A stretch of DNA of 64,000 nt from Octopus sinensis (GCF_006345805.1 NC_043005.1:98208001-98272000); one strand, 5' to 3'. Positions 23,260-36,006 are shown, counted from the first letter of the stretch. Numbers and translations: made by a program. Notes: generated by a model from the sequence alone, not told the origin.

Positions 23260-24329
23260 TATCTATCTATCTATTTATCTATCTATTTACTTCATCTCCA
23301 TCATTTTACATCTGCTTTCTTCATTGGCATGGGTCAGATGAGTTACCATTATCTAAGTCATTATTGGGAACTATTGGAAGCTAGTTCTCTTAAAGACTGG
23401 AGTCTGTACATGTCATTAGACATGGAACTAGAAGGTGGTCTAGTGCAGCACCTTATAAGAGGGCTTTGTGAAGGACAAGAAGAGGGTTGAGAGTGACCCC
23501 CGTTTAGCCTCTTGTATACAGGCCATGTGGAAGGTGTGAATGTCAGAATGAAATGATATGGATGGTATAGTTAGCACAGGTATTGAAGATGTATGAGTGA
23601 TGAGGAGAAAAGATACTGGGAGTGGGGGTGAACAATAGGGATATGAGATGGGGTAAGGATGCAAAGTAAAGGCGCAGCAAACATAGGGTAGGTAGAGGAC
23701 AAAAAGCAAAAAACAAAATCCCAAAAAGACACCCTTGTGTCATATCATGAGTGAATGGGGGCTTCTGCTGCACTGTGTTATCACCTCCTCTATCATCTCA
23801 GTGAAATGGGAAATAAGTTGGATGGCTTGACTGGATTCAGTGAACCTAAGGGCTGCATCATACTATGGTGTCTGCTTTGATGGGATTTCTTATAGTCGGT
23901 TGCTCTCCCTAATGCCAACCACTTTACAATGTGTACTAGGTGCTTTTGTCATCCTACAGGCACTAAGTACAGTTGCCAAGTAACTTACAAGAAAGGAAAG
24001 AACAAGAAAAAGGAAACAAAAGTGAGGGAGAAGGCAAAGCCCTCTTGACTAGGTTGGGGAAGTATTTGCGAGGGTGGAGAGGTGATTTCATACTAAGGAC
24101 AAGCTGAAACAAGTAGAGGTTGAGATATTTTGCTATAGAGAAAATACACAGCTCCCTACATTTATATATGGGTATGTGGGAGTATCTGGTAAGATGATAA
24201 TGATGGGGTGCCAAAGCAAAACCCCTAAGAAGCAAGAGATACAAACAGTGGATTAGGTAGTTATAATAGCTTGAGGGTCGAGTACCAGATGGGGATAATG
24301 TATAACATACATACATACATACATGTGCA

Positions 24330-25133
24330 TGGAAAGCCCCTTTTCCAAAATTCACTTGTCTGTGATGAAAAATACTCCTCCAGTACTGTTATGACCTCAT
24401 CTACAGAATTCATATTTTTTCCCTCCAAATGATTTTAAAAACTGCTGAATAAATGATAATAAAATGGGGCAATGTCCAGTGAATATGGTGGGTAGGGGAT
24501 CGTTTCCCATTCAAACTGCTCCAGCCTTTGGAATGTCATCCCCACTGTATGTTGCTGAGCATTATCCTGATGGAAGGACACCTTTCGTCTTGAAACCAAA
24601 GGTTGTCATTTTACTTCTAGGGCTGACTTAAGCCACTCAAGTCACTCGCAGTAAATCTCCTTTGTTATCATTTGGTTTGGGTTTAAAAGTTCAAAGTGAA
24701 CTAAACCTTTCATATCCTACCAAAAAGATAACAACACCTTACCTGGGTAAAGGCCTTCTTTGGCTTGGGGTGCCAGTGTTTCTCCTTACCCTACCCACTG
24801 TCTTTGGCACTTGACATTTTTATAGGGAACCCATTTCGCGTCATCAGCCACTATTCGGTCCAAAAAAGGTTCATTTGTGAGCCGTGACTGCAAAGAAGAG
24901 CACACATTCACTTTCTGTATGCAATTAGACTCAGGAAATTTGTGAAGAATCCATTGACTCCATTGGCTGACATGTAGGTGTCGATGAATGGTTGAGTGAC
25001 CAAATCCAAGTTTCTCTGCTAGTTCCCCAGCAGTTATGATGGAATTTTGTTCCACCAGGGCTTGCAGGATGTCCTCGTTGAGCTCTACAGATTTTTCCAG
25101 ACAAAGCTCATCATTCTGATAGTGATTCTGCAA
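24330..25133 (-). pseudogene. mariner transposase remnant
   Basis: VELNEDILQALVEQN...ELAEKLGFGHSTIHRHL, EPFLDRIVADDAKWV, FHQDNAQ and PYSLDIAP; the VELNEDIL segment matches the N-terminal fragment at 53192-53610. Confidence 0.85.
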
Positions 25134-26232
25134 TAGACACCACAGATACTCAGAAAACAGATTCCATCACACTCCAAGGGGAGAAACTAGAAGTAGTTGA
25201 TAGTTTCCGCTACCTAGGTGACCAAGTTAGTAGTGGAGTTGGATGCTCAGAGAGTGTCACCACTAGAATACGAATAGCCTGGGCAAAGTTTAGAAAGCTC
25301 CTACCCCCTACTGGTGACAAAGGGTCTCTCGCTCAGAGTGAAAGGTAGATTGTATGATGCATGTGTGCGAACCGCCATGCTTCACGGTAGTGAAACATGG
25401 GCTGTGACTGCAGAGGACATATGTAGACTTGAAAGAAATGAAGCTAGCATGATCCGCTGGATGTGTAATGTCAGTGTGCATGCACGACAGAGTGTAAGCA
25501 CCCTGAGAGAAATGCTGGACATAAGAAGCATCAGATGTGGTGTGCAAGAGCGACGCTTGCGATGGTATGGTCATATACTGCGGATGGATGAGGAGAGATG
25601 TGTGAAGAAGTGCCACTCCCAAACAGTTGAAGGTATCAGAGGGAGAGGTAGACCCAGAAAGATATGGGATGAGGTAGTCAAGCATGACCTCCGAGCGGTG
25701 GGCCTCACAGAAGCAATGACGAAGGACCGAGATCTCTGGAGATATGCTGTGACTGCAAAGACCCGAGCAGCTTCCTGCACCAGTTTTGCATAGCCCCAGC
25801 CCATTCAAAGTACTTTGGATTGCAGAACGACCTGCTGTGCTTACCTTGGATCGTAGAGTCAAGTACATCAATATCAAAATAAATATCAAATGGAAATAGT
25901 AGTTGTGACACCTGTGCCGGTGGCACATAAAGAGCACCATCTGAACATGGCCGATGCCAATGCTGCCTTGACTGGCTTCTGTGCCAGTGACACGTAAGAA
26001 GCACCAACTGATCATGGCCGCTGCCAGCCTCTCCTGGCACCTGTGCCAGTGGCATATAAAAAGCACTCACTACACTCACGAAGTGGTTGGCGTTAGGAAG
26101 GGCATCCTGCTGTAGAAACACTGCCAAATCAGACTGGAGCCTGGTGCAACCTCCTGGCTTCCCAGACCCCAGTCGAACCGTCCAACCCGTGCTAGCACGG
26201 ATAATGGATGTTAAACGATGATGATGATGATG
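25134..26232 (+). mobile_element. RTE-clade LINE 3' part: RT C-terminal coding region plus full 3' UTR and (GAT)n tail
   Basis: LEVVDSFRYLG, RIAWAKFR, (frameshift) KGRLYDACVRTAMLHGSETW, RRLRWYGHILRM, RGRGRPRKIW; followed by the family R UTR. Confidence 0.92.
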
Positions 26233-26304
26233 ATATATATATATATATATGCGTGTGTGTGTGTTGTGTGTGTGTTGTGTGTGTGTATATATATGCATCT
26301 GTGT

Positions 26305-26640
26305 GAAGGTGCATGGCTCACTGGTTAGAGCGTCAAGCTTACGATCGTGACGTTGTGAGCTCAAATCCCGGATTGAGCTGCGTGTTGTGTTCTTGAGCAA
26401 GACACTTTATTTTACGTTGCTCCAGTTCACTCATCTGTAGAAATGAGTTGCAACGTCACAAGTGCCAAGCTGTATCGGCCTTTGCCTTTCCCTTGGATAA
26501 CATCAGTGGTATGGAGAGAGGAGAGTGGTATGCACGGGCGACTGCTGATCTTCCATAAACAACCTTGCACGGACTTGTACCTGGGAGAGTAATTTTCTAG
26601 GTGCAATCCCATGGTCTGTGTCATGACCGAATGGGGTCTC
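26305..26640 (+). mobile_element. SINE family C (tRNA-like head plus CORE-like domain)
   Basis: GGCTCACTGGTTAGAGCG...GAGCTCAAATCCCGG then TTGTGTTCTTGAGCAAGACACTTTATTTTACGTTGCTCCAGTTCACTCATCTGTAGAAATG. Confidence 0.75.
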
Positions 26641-27329
26641 AGATATGCATCTGTGCCGGTGGCACATAAAAAATACTTTTTGAACACTGGGTTTCATGGA
26701 AGCAATGACAAATGATCGTGACCTTTGCCAATGTGCCATGCCTGACCCATCGAGCCATGTAAAAATATATTTATATCTTGATATTGTCACAATATCAAAG
26801 GAGCTATGTCTGGCCACTTGAAGAAAGAAAATAAAGAATTCAATGATAAGTCTGAGAGTGAATAAACAGTCAACCAACAAAATACATAACATTCTATGTT
26901 TCTCAAAGCATTAAAAAAAATCTATTTTTAATATTTTTAATATTGTTTTGAAATATTTTTGAAATATTTTTGTTTTATATTATATTGTTAGCACTTTATA
27001 GACTTGTCATGTCATGTTACTGAAGACTGTGTCTTTGGATTAAGCTATTTACTCGAGTCGTTTTCTTGACTTCAAATGAATTTCGTAGAAACTTGATTTA
27101 TATTGCAGTTAAAAAAATCACAGCATGATAAAAATAAAAACATAACCCCCACCCAGGGAATCTTTTTAATATTCTATTTTCCTACAGGCATCTTTTATTT
27201 TCTACCTGTTTTACCAGAGCTCCACCTTGAAGGGTTTTGCTGATTAAATCAAATCCAATACTTATTTTTTTCTATGTCTGGTACTTATTCTATCAGTGTG
27301 CTTTGCTAGATTACAGGAGCATAAACAAG

Positions 27330-27433
27330 TGGGTTGCTTCGCAATCATAAAGTTCTGGGTTCAATCCCACTGCATGACACCTTGAGCAAAGCCTTGTGAG
27401 TGGATTTGGTAGATCGAAACTGTAGAAGCCCTT

Positions 27434-27472
<39 letters not shown>

Positions 27473-27620
27473 GCGTGTATGCACATGTATGAGCCTCATC
27501 ACTACTTGGCAACTGATGGTGTGTTTACGTTCTTGTAACTTGGCAGTTTGGCAAAAGAGACCAATCGAATAAGTACTAGGCTTAAAAAATAAATAAGTAC
27601 AGGAATCAATTGATTTGACA
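27330..27620 (+). mobile_element. SINE family A, 3'-truncated
   Basis: Body matches family A; stops at GATTTGAC, before the tail. Confidence 0.75.
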
Positions 27621-27630
27621 TATATATATA

Positions 27631-27781
27631 TATACCTCCCTGCAACCTGAGTATCCACCTCATCACATCTTTACCATCTTCTTTCTCCCCTCTCTCTATT
27701 CTCTCCTATTGAGGTAAACATGAATCTTCTCTACTTCAAGACATCTATTTCTGCTCCTTTATTCATACTCTAATCTCTTGA
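27631..27781. repeat. 151-bp block, copy 2
   Basis: See 21010-21160; it sits between two truncated SINEs. Confidence 0.9.
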
Positions 27782-27789
27782 GTAGATAG

Positions 27790-28300
27790 AATTTGAACTC
27801 AGAATGTAAAGACAAACGAAATGGTGCTAAGCATTTTGCCCAGCACAGTAACAATTCTGCCTGCTTATTTCTTTATTGCCCACAAGGGGCTAAACATAGA
27901 AGGGGCAAACAAGGACAGACAAAGGGATTAAGTCAATTACATCGACCTCAGTTCGTAACTGGTACTTATTTAATCGACCCTGAAAAGATGAAAGGCAAAG
28001 TCGACCTTGGTGGAATTTGAACTCAGAACGTAATGGCAGACGAAATACCGCTAAGCACTTTGCCTGGTGTGCTAATGTTTCTGCTTGCTTGCCACCTTAA
28101 TCACTCTACATAATTTCAGAGCAGGGGGTAAGTCGATTACATCAACCCCAGTATTCAACTGGTACTTATTTTATCGACCCTGAAAGGATGAAAGGCAAAG
28201 TTGACCCTGGTGGTGTTTGAACTAAGAACGTAAAAACGGACTAAGTACTGCTTAGCATCATTCATGGTGTGCTAACGATTCTGCCATTTTGCTGCCTTAA
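27790..28300 (-). mobile_element. Cluster of three SINE family B copies or fragments
   Basis: Repeated CGACCCTGAAA(A/G)GATGAAAGGCAAAGT...TTTGAACT signature. Confidence 0.8.
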
Positions 28301-28609
28301 TCACTCTACATATTGGTTGATGCTCTTTACTTCTAGGTTGGTTTTGTTTGAGATGATCTCTAGTCAAAACATATCGTCTATGACCATCAAGTCTATTTTT
28401 CTGACATTGTATCCAATGTGTCTGTCTACTTAGTAAGGCAATGTAGCACAGCATGAAGAAGAGTTGGATGCTATTTTGAGTGACTGCATAAGAGGTTCCC
28501 TCACTATTTTATTATGCTGTTTTCGACAAATCTGATACCTCATGAAATCATTTCAGTTGAACTGAGAGTTAAATTAAGATTTTAATCTAAATATAAACAC
28601 TTTAATACA

Positions 28610-28950
28610 AGCAGTTTCAGATGTATCATCATTAAAAACAAAACCACAGCTCCCGTGACTTTCGGAAACATTTTTTCACGCTAAGAGTTGCTGAAGCATG
28701 GAACAAACTGCTGGCATCAGTTGTTAGTTGTTGGAGCACTGCATCCTTCAAAACTTCCATGCTTCCTGAGATTCGCCAACACTACACCTGATTTTCTGGC
28801 CTCCATACACACGCAAGCATGTATCTGACTCATACACTGTTCGCTCTCCAGACATTTGTACATTACTGCATATACTTTATACACACTTTTGACAAGTTGT
28901 GGTGCACCTGAGCACTGTTTTCAATAACTTCATTATTATTATTATTATAA
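28610..28950 (+). mobile_element. CR1-clade LINE 3' end with (ATT)n tail
   Basis: FRKHFFTLRVAEAWNKL...SVVSC.STASFKTSML; the terminal TTGTGGTGCACCTGAGCACTG...CATTATT recurs inverted at ~41765-41810. Confidence 0.75.
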
Positions 28951-30734
28951 TAAAATAGTTGTAAAATAAAAGAGCTTTTTTTTTCACGATTCTGTCAGTT
29001 GAATTCCCAATATATAGTTTTGATTCCTGGTTGAAGCCAGCTTGAGCATTTCTTTCACACTGTTAATGTCTTTAAGAAAGATACGACTATTACTCATACT
29101 CATTCACCTTCCTTATAAATTTTTGGTCTCATTCATATTTGTGGTGATTCCTTTTATACATGCAACATTCAAAGTCCAAATATAGACTCTGTTTCTTATT
29201 CTTTATTGCAGTCCTTCTGCTTATAACCACACTTCATTTCATACCAAGACCAGTATATTTAAACTAATTCTCCTCGATTTGCTGAAGCCACTGCTAAGAC
29301 TTCCAGTGCATTCTGATGCCTTTCAAAATAATCATTCTCGTCAAGTATTTATAAATCCAGTCAATAGATGATGGACTGTTTAATCTCACTTCCATCCGTG
29401 GCTTGCACTTGTTTGATTTCACTTTCATCCCGCTTAACAACCTTCCAAGAAATTCAAGTTGCAGCTTAAATATCCACAGGATTTTCTATTTAAACAACTT
29501 GCTACTTCATATAATTTGTTATCATTTTATCTTTATACTGATTAAACTTAGTTTAAGAGGAATTATTATTTTTTTTGCTGTGTATTTTTTTTTTAATATT
29601 TAATATTATTTTTTAAAATATTTTATATATATATATATATTTCCTGGTGTAATTTATTCTTTCTATACATTCATTCTGTCTCTATTCTAATAATCCATCA
29701 CTAAACATCTCTACTTCTCCATTGTATCTTACAGTTCTCTTTCCAGAACAGTAGTCCAATATTCCTCCTCTTCCTCCTCTTCTTCCTCTTCTCTTTCTCT
29801 CTCTCTCAATCCTTATTTATCCTCATCATATAACATATTACTTAGCAGTTATTCCTTCACACACACACACACATTCTTCGTACTCTTGCAACCTCTGCTT
29901 CTAGCTTCCATTGTCATGAATATTTCATCAGTTGTTTGCCGAAACAGAAATTCTTCAGGCAAACGCTTTTAATGATTCTTTCCAGCTTTGTCAAAAAGAA
30001 CCACAATCATCTCTAATTTCTGTCAATGGATCTAGTCTATAGTTTATCACAAAAATTTGCCACATAATCCCAGCTTGAACATTAGACCCCTGAGTTTTCA
30101 TTCAGGTTTCAAGTTCACCTAAAACCCTTGTGACTATTTCGTCATCTAACTTCTCATTCCTATTGCTTACAACCAAAATATCTGTAGACTTCCATTTTGT
30201 CTGTTTGAGAGTAACTCCAGATGTACCTTTTTCCCCATTTTCCTTCTTACGGTGACAATCTCTGCTCATTTTCTGACAGCTTAGCATACTTCAAGAACAT
30301 GGCAAGCATGTAGCAACCACTTAGCTGATATTACAGCATATCTCAGTATCATGGTTAGCTCACACTGTATTCTGAATAGCTACTTCTGTCCTGGCATCAG
30401 GCCATGCTCTTGTTTCATGGTTAGCTTGCACTATAAATTTTAGTCTCTTCGTGTGGAGAATGCTTACAGATCCTCAATGAATGAAGGTGCTAATGGTAAT
30501 AGATCTGTCTCCAAGTGGCTCCCTTCTATACTGTGGAATTCCAACTGATACAAGCCAACAATGGGTCTCTTCACGGTTGCTTGGCCTGCTAAAAATAGCA
30601 ATTAAATAACCCTCAAACAACATATCACTATTTTGAAAAGGAAAGAACATTGTAGACAATATAAACTTAAATCCCTTTAAAAAAGACAGGATGGTCATGG
30701 CTGGAATGATTTTGACAATAGGCCTGTTCAATTA

Positions 30735-30930
30735 GGGCTGATCTGAGTTTGAGCTATCAGGATTGATCTGGGGTTCAACGATTTGGGTTGATCTGAATGA
30801 TTCAAGAATGTTCTGGAGGAGTGAGCTGTGCCTGGTCAATCATGGTCAATCAGCGTTGATCTGGGATTGATCAGTCAGAATTGGTCTGGAGCTGATCAAT
30901 AAGAATTGATCTTGATCTGAATGCTCAGAG
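30735..30930. repeat. Degenerate short-period repeat rich in TGATC
   Basis: 8 TGATC plus 3 TGGTC words in about 190 bp. Confidence 0.5.
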
Positions 30931-31517
30931 TTGACCACGTACTAATTAACTATAACTGGACATAAAGTGTCCCTTTGCAGAAGTCTTTGGCTCCTACAGA
31001 TCCAGTAGATTGTTGTCAAACATTTGTTCACCCAACAACTGTCTATCAAAACACCCCCCACCCACCCCCACACACAAACGTGCACACACACACAAACACA
31101 CACACACACATGTATATGAACATATATACACATACATGAACAAACAAGTGTGAATGCAGATATACACACAAACAACATTCCTTTCCTCTTTGTTCCACTC
31201 TATTTCTCACATATACACCCTCCACACGCACATACATACACACACCCAAACACATCAAAACTCATAATAAATTCTATATTTATTAAAAATTTCCAAAGTT
31301 CACATGCTATTTGTCCTTTTCATTATGGTATTTCATATCTCTGAATTTGCCTATGTTGTTCAAATACATTATGTTGAACAGTCAGTTATTTCTCTAAGAT
31401 CATTCTTGTTTAAATTTTACAGACTACCTACAACATAAATGTGTTCTACTCTTTTCCTATAAGTCTAACTCCCTTGGCTACAGGAGAGGAAAGCTGAACA
31501 GCTGTTAGACTGATGAT

Positions 31518-31745
31518 ACCTATTTCTTTATTACCCACAAGGGGCTAAACATAGAGGGGACAAACAAGGACAGACATAGGTATTATGTCGATTACATCGA
31601 CCCCAGTGCGTAACTGGTACTTAATTTATCGACCCCGAAAGGATGAAAGGCAAAGTCGACCTCGGCGGAATTTGAACTCACAACGTAACGGCAGACGAAG
31701 TACCGCAAAGCATTTCGCCCGGTGTGCTAACGCTTCTGCTAGCAC
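31518..31745 (-). mobile_element. SINE family B, near full length
   Basis: Reverse complement of 35772-36006. Confidence 0.88.
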
Positions 31746-31800
31746 ATACACACATGCCTATGACTGTTCTCTTATCTCTATACAATAAACCTGTCCTTAA

Positions 31801-32020
31801 CCCTTGCATTACCATATTTATTTTGAGATGCCCTGTGTTTCTTTCAATTACTTTAAATATAACAAAGACTTTAGTAAAATAACTTAGTTATTATTCAGCT
31901 AGTATTAGGAACATAAATTGTGACTAAGGTTTGGTGGAAGATTTTTATTCAAAATTTGTGAAAACAAGACATTTGTAGTCAGAGCCAGAGCCGATTTCAG
32001 CCGGGTTGGTAACGAAAGGG
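31801..32020. mobile_element. piggyBac-type MITE
   Basis: TTAA|CCCTTGCATTACC ... GGTAACGAAAGGG|TTAA; the same terminus occurs at 55369. Confidence 0.8.
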
Positions 32021-32824
32021 TTAATAGCAAGTCAACTTTGGAAAATTATTCATCTTTGAGATTGTCTCTTCATCTCATTTGGAGCTGATCTTAATTGCCA
32101 TCTAGTAATTACAGCACATCCTCAAGAGGCAGACATAATTTTAATAAATCAAGCATTTATGTTGTATGGCATTTGATATACTTATATTTATCTGAACTGT
32201 TCAAATGTATGCCACTGGCCATTGAGTTATTTCTCTTAGCTTGTTATGAGATCAGATGTTCTGACATATCATTACTCCTCCGAGTACCATCTCTTACTGA
32301 CCAAGAAAATTAATTCTGGCTTATACAAATATAAAACATGCTTAAGAACCAATATGTCAATTACCTTATTAATATTATCCTTCAGATTGTAATTTTCCAG
32401 ACAATCAACCTCAGTGCTGATATTTTGGGGTTTTATTCTGTTTCTTGGTCACCGAAATTTACAGTCACATTTCAGTATCTCAAACACACTTGTGATCAAA
32501 GACATTCCAGCCTTGACCATCCCATCTTTTTTTCATAAAATGTTTACTCAGGAGTGGCTGTATAGTAAAGAAACTTGTTCCCCAGCTATGTGGTCTTGTG
32601 CTTAGTTCCGCTTGTGTGGTACCTTGGGCAAATGTCTTCAACTATTGCCCTAGACTAACCAAAACTCTCTGAATGGATTGGTAGGCAAAAATCGAAAGAA
32701 GCTCGTCATATATATACGAAGAGAGATTATAGGACACTGGTCATTAAGGTATGACAAGATATATGTAAAGCCAAGTCCTTTATGGATGCAAAACCCTGGA
32801 AAACCTTATGAACTAGCCATAACT

Positions 32825-33245
32825 ATCATCATCATCGTTTAACGTCCGCTTTCCATGCTAGCATGGGTTGGATGATTTTGACTGAGGGCTGGTGAACCAG
32901 ATGGCTGCACCAGGCTCCAATCTTGATTTGGCAGAGTTTCTACAGCTGGATGCCCTTCCTAACGCCAACCACTCCGAGAGTGTAGTGATCACTCCAAGAG
33001 TGTAGTGTCACTCCGAGAGTGTAGTGATCACTCCGATATATATATATATATATAATCATCATCATCATCATCATTTAACATCCGTTCTCCATGCTAGCAT
33101 GGGTTGGACGGTTCGACCTGGGATCTGGGAAGCCAGAAGGCTGCACCAGGCTTCAGTCTGATCTGGCAGTGTTTCTACAGCTGGATGCCCTTCCTAACAC
33201 CAACCACTCCGTGAGTGTAGTGGGTGCTTTTTACGTGCCACCTGC
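32825..33245 (-). mobile_element. Two tandem RTE 3' UTR fragments (family R)
   Basis: At 32825-33036 and 33055-33245; both start with (ATC)n. Confidence 0.85.
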
Positions 33246-33323
33246 ACATATATATATATATATATATATATACAAAAGGCTTCTTTGTACACTCACACAC
33301 ACACTCATACATATGTATATATA

Positions 33324-33632
33324 TAAATTTATAATTAAGGGTACAAGATAGTACCAGCATTGCTAGAAATAAGAGTAAAAAATACTCAAATAAGTCACAA
33401 TATCACTGAAAATTTAATAAACTGACAAAATCGAGGAGGGCTTATCTGGGTATATCTGCAAATTCTTTTGCATCTTTCCCTTGCAAAGGTAGGTTTTTTG
33501 GGGTTTGTTTTACATGCTCTTCGATTTTGTTATCTTGTTAAATTTTCAGTGATATTGTGGCTTATCTGAGTATTTCTCGACTCTTATTTCTAGCAACACT
33601 GGAACTATCTTGTATCTTTAATTATAAATTTA
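33324..33632. mobile_element. Fold-back / MITE with ~110-bp inverted arms
   Basis: 33324-33434 and 33521-33632 are reverse complements (TAAATTTATAATTAA.G.TACAAGATAGT.CCAG..TTGCTAGAAATAAGAGT...CAAAATCGA). Confidence 0.85.
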
Positions 33633-33769
33633 TAAATTTTACCTTTTTGTGCTTTTTACCTTTTTATGCTTGCTAGCCACTTATATCATTATTATTCATT
33701 ATTGTATATATATATATATATACACACACACAAAGAAGCTCATCCTATATTTTATATATATATATACAC

Positions 33770-34070
33770 ATACTTCAGAGGTCCACAGCTCTTCAATATC
33801 CTGTCGAAGGATCTGAGAGACCTGCATGGGGTGGATGCAGATGTCTTTAAAATAAAGCTGGACCTCTTCCTGTCAGGTGTCCCAGATAACCAACTTCATG
33901 GCAGGAGGTGCAGATGAGGGCAGCTGCATCACACTCTCTCATGCACCAAATGTCAATTGCTAAAAAGCATTTGTGAAGTAAAATCATGTAGCAACACCGA
34001 ATGGCGGTGCCCCAGCATGGCCACAGCTCGTGAGCTGAAACTAGATAAAATAAAAAATAAAATAAATAAA
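33770..34070 (+). mobile_element. CR1-type LINE 3' end whose tail is shared with SINE family A
   Basis: FRGPQLFNILSKDLRDLHGVDADVFKIKLDLFLSGVPD, then GGCGGTGCCCCAGCATGGCCACAGCTCGTGAGCTGAAAC and an A-rich tail. Confidence 0.8.
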
Positions 34071-34143
34071 TACACACAACAGGCTTCTTTTTATATATAC
34101 ATATATAACAAGATTCTTTGCATGCATGTGTGTGTGTGTGTAT

Positions 34144-34176
<33 letters not shown>

Positions 34177-34239
34177 TTTAGCCTTGTTTAGACATCACAT
34201 GATGGTTATAAATGATCATCAACATCGAAACAAACAAAT

Positions 34240-34406
34240 TTGTCTGTTACCAGTCTTCCATGGAGAACATGTCTGGCCATGGGAAAATATTTCCTTACTT
34301 GGAAACGGGTGAGGAGGTTGGTGTCAGGAAGGGAACGCAGCCATAGAAAATCTGTCTCAACAAATTCTGTCTGACACCCATTTAAGCATGGAAAAGTGGC
34401 TGTTAA

Positions 34407-34436
<30 letters not shown>
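34240..34436 (+). mobile_element. Divergent RTE-type 3' end with (GAT)n tail
   Basis: GTTGGTGTCAGGAAGGGAACGCAGCCATAGAAAATCTG...GCATGGAAAAGTGGCTGTTAAA(TGA)n; similar copy at ~47170-47370. Confidence 0.65.
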
Positions 34437-34437
<1 letters not shown>

Positions 34438-35771
34438 GTCTGCTCTGTCAGATCTGACTTAGGGCTATACAGCATCATCATCATCATAATATCAAAATAT
34501 TATCAACAGGCTTCTCGTTAATATTGGCATATCCATTAATATCCAATAAAACAGAACTGCAACAGGAGAATGGTATAAATTGACTATGGCTTGGAAATTT
34601 GCAATTTCAATTGAAAAAAATTTCGTTGAGAAATTAAATAATTTATTTATTGCTTCCTTGTTGTGAGGCAAACATCATTTGACAATCTATCTCTTTTAAT
34701 TCTATATTAAATTAAATTTTACATCAATTTCATAACAACCCCTGTGTATAAGGAATACAATGTATGTTTGTGTGCACAAACATATATGTGTGTGTGTCCG
34801 TGTCTATGTGTGTGTATGTGTCCATGTGTGTGTGTGTCTATATGCATTTGTTCATATGTGTGCATATATATTAAATATGTGTGTGTATGTATATGTATGT
34901 GTGTGTATGTATATGTGTGTGTGTATGTATGTGAATGTGTACATGTGTTTATATAATTATGTGTATGTGTATACATCTATATGTATTTATATATGTTTAC
35001 ATTGGTGTGTTTGTGTACATGTATGTGTGTACGTATGCTTGTTTGTTTGTGTGTGAGTGTGTATGTGTGTATGTGTGTGTTTGTGCGTGTATGAATGAGT
35101 GATTTGGCCACAGAGAGTTCTTAATAAATTGGTTGGTTTGATTAATTACAGTGTTTACAATATTAGAAATAACCAGAGTAAGATAAAATAAGATGATTAT
35201 GGATCAGTTAACACCATTCTCTAGTTGAGGAAGTAAGGGAGACAACTTTAAACATTTCTGTATTCTTACCTCTCATCAGGGGAACTGTAAACTTTGCCAT
35301 TGCTTGCTAGCCCTTGTCATAGAATAGTTCTTTGTGAAATGATTGGAAAAGCTTACAATTCAGTTAGATTTTCTACAGCACCATTATCTTTGGCATCTTC
35401 ACTTGCTCTCTCCCCTTGTGTGTAAAAAACACTTTTTGCTTTTAGACAGATAAAAGAACAATAGACACCTTGGCAGTAGTAGAACATATCTTTTGCTTGC
35501 CTGATAAATGTACAAATGTTATTTCAAAGCAGTTAACATTTTTATTAAATCCTTATTCAGTAAATTTTGTAAAGTGATTAATATTATAAAGGGGCATTCA
35601 ACCATGGAAATCATCTCAATATTGGAATGTATGATTGAAGAGTGACCTTCTGATCTACCTAGCAGAGCATCAACTCTGAATGGAATTTGGTTAGGACTGT
35701 GATCCTCATTATCATAATTGAAAGGGGATATTAATGATGGTTACGATGGTGGTGGTGGTGATGATGGCAGA

Positions 35772-36006
35772 AAGGTGGCGAGCTGGCAGAAACGTTAGCA
35801 TGCCAGGCGAAATGCTTAGCAGTATTTCGTCTGCCATTATGTTCTGAGTTCAAATTCCGCCGAGGTTGACTTTGCCTTCCATCCTTTCGGGTTCGATAAA
35901 TTAAGCACCAGTTATGCATTGGGGTCGATATAATCGACTTAATCCATTTGTCTGTCCTTGTTTGTCCCCTCTGTGTTTAGCCCCTTGTGGGTAGTAAAGA
36001 AATAGG
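35772..36006 (+). mobile_element. SINE family B, full length (reference copy)
   Basis: tRNA-like head with B-box GAGTTCAAATTCC; central GACTTTGCCTTCCATCCTTTCGGGTTCGATAAATTAAG domain; tail ...GGGTAGTAAAGAAATAGG. Confidence 0.88.

Noticed and set aside
29370-29460. Minus frame ISWKVVKRDESEIKQVQATDGSEIKQSIIY*
   Set aside because: About 30 codons, a weak acceptor and no recognised family.
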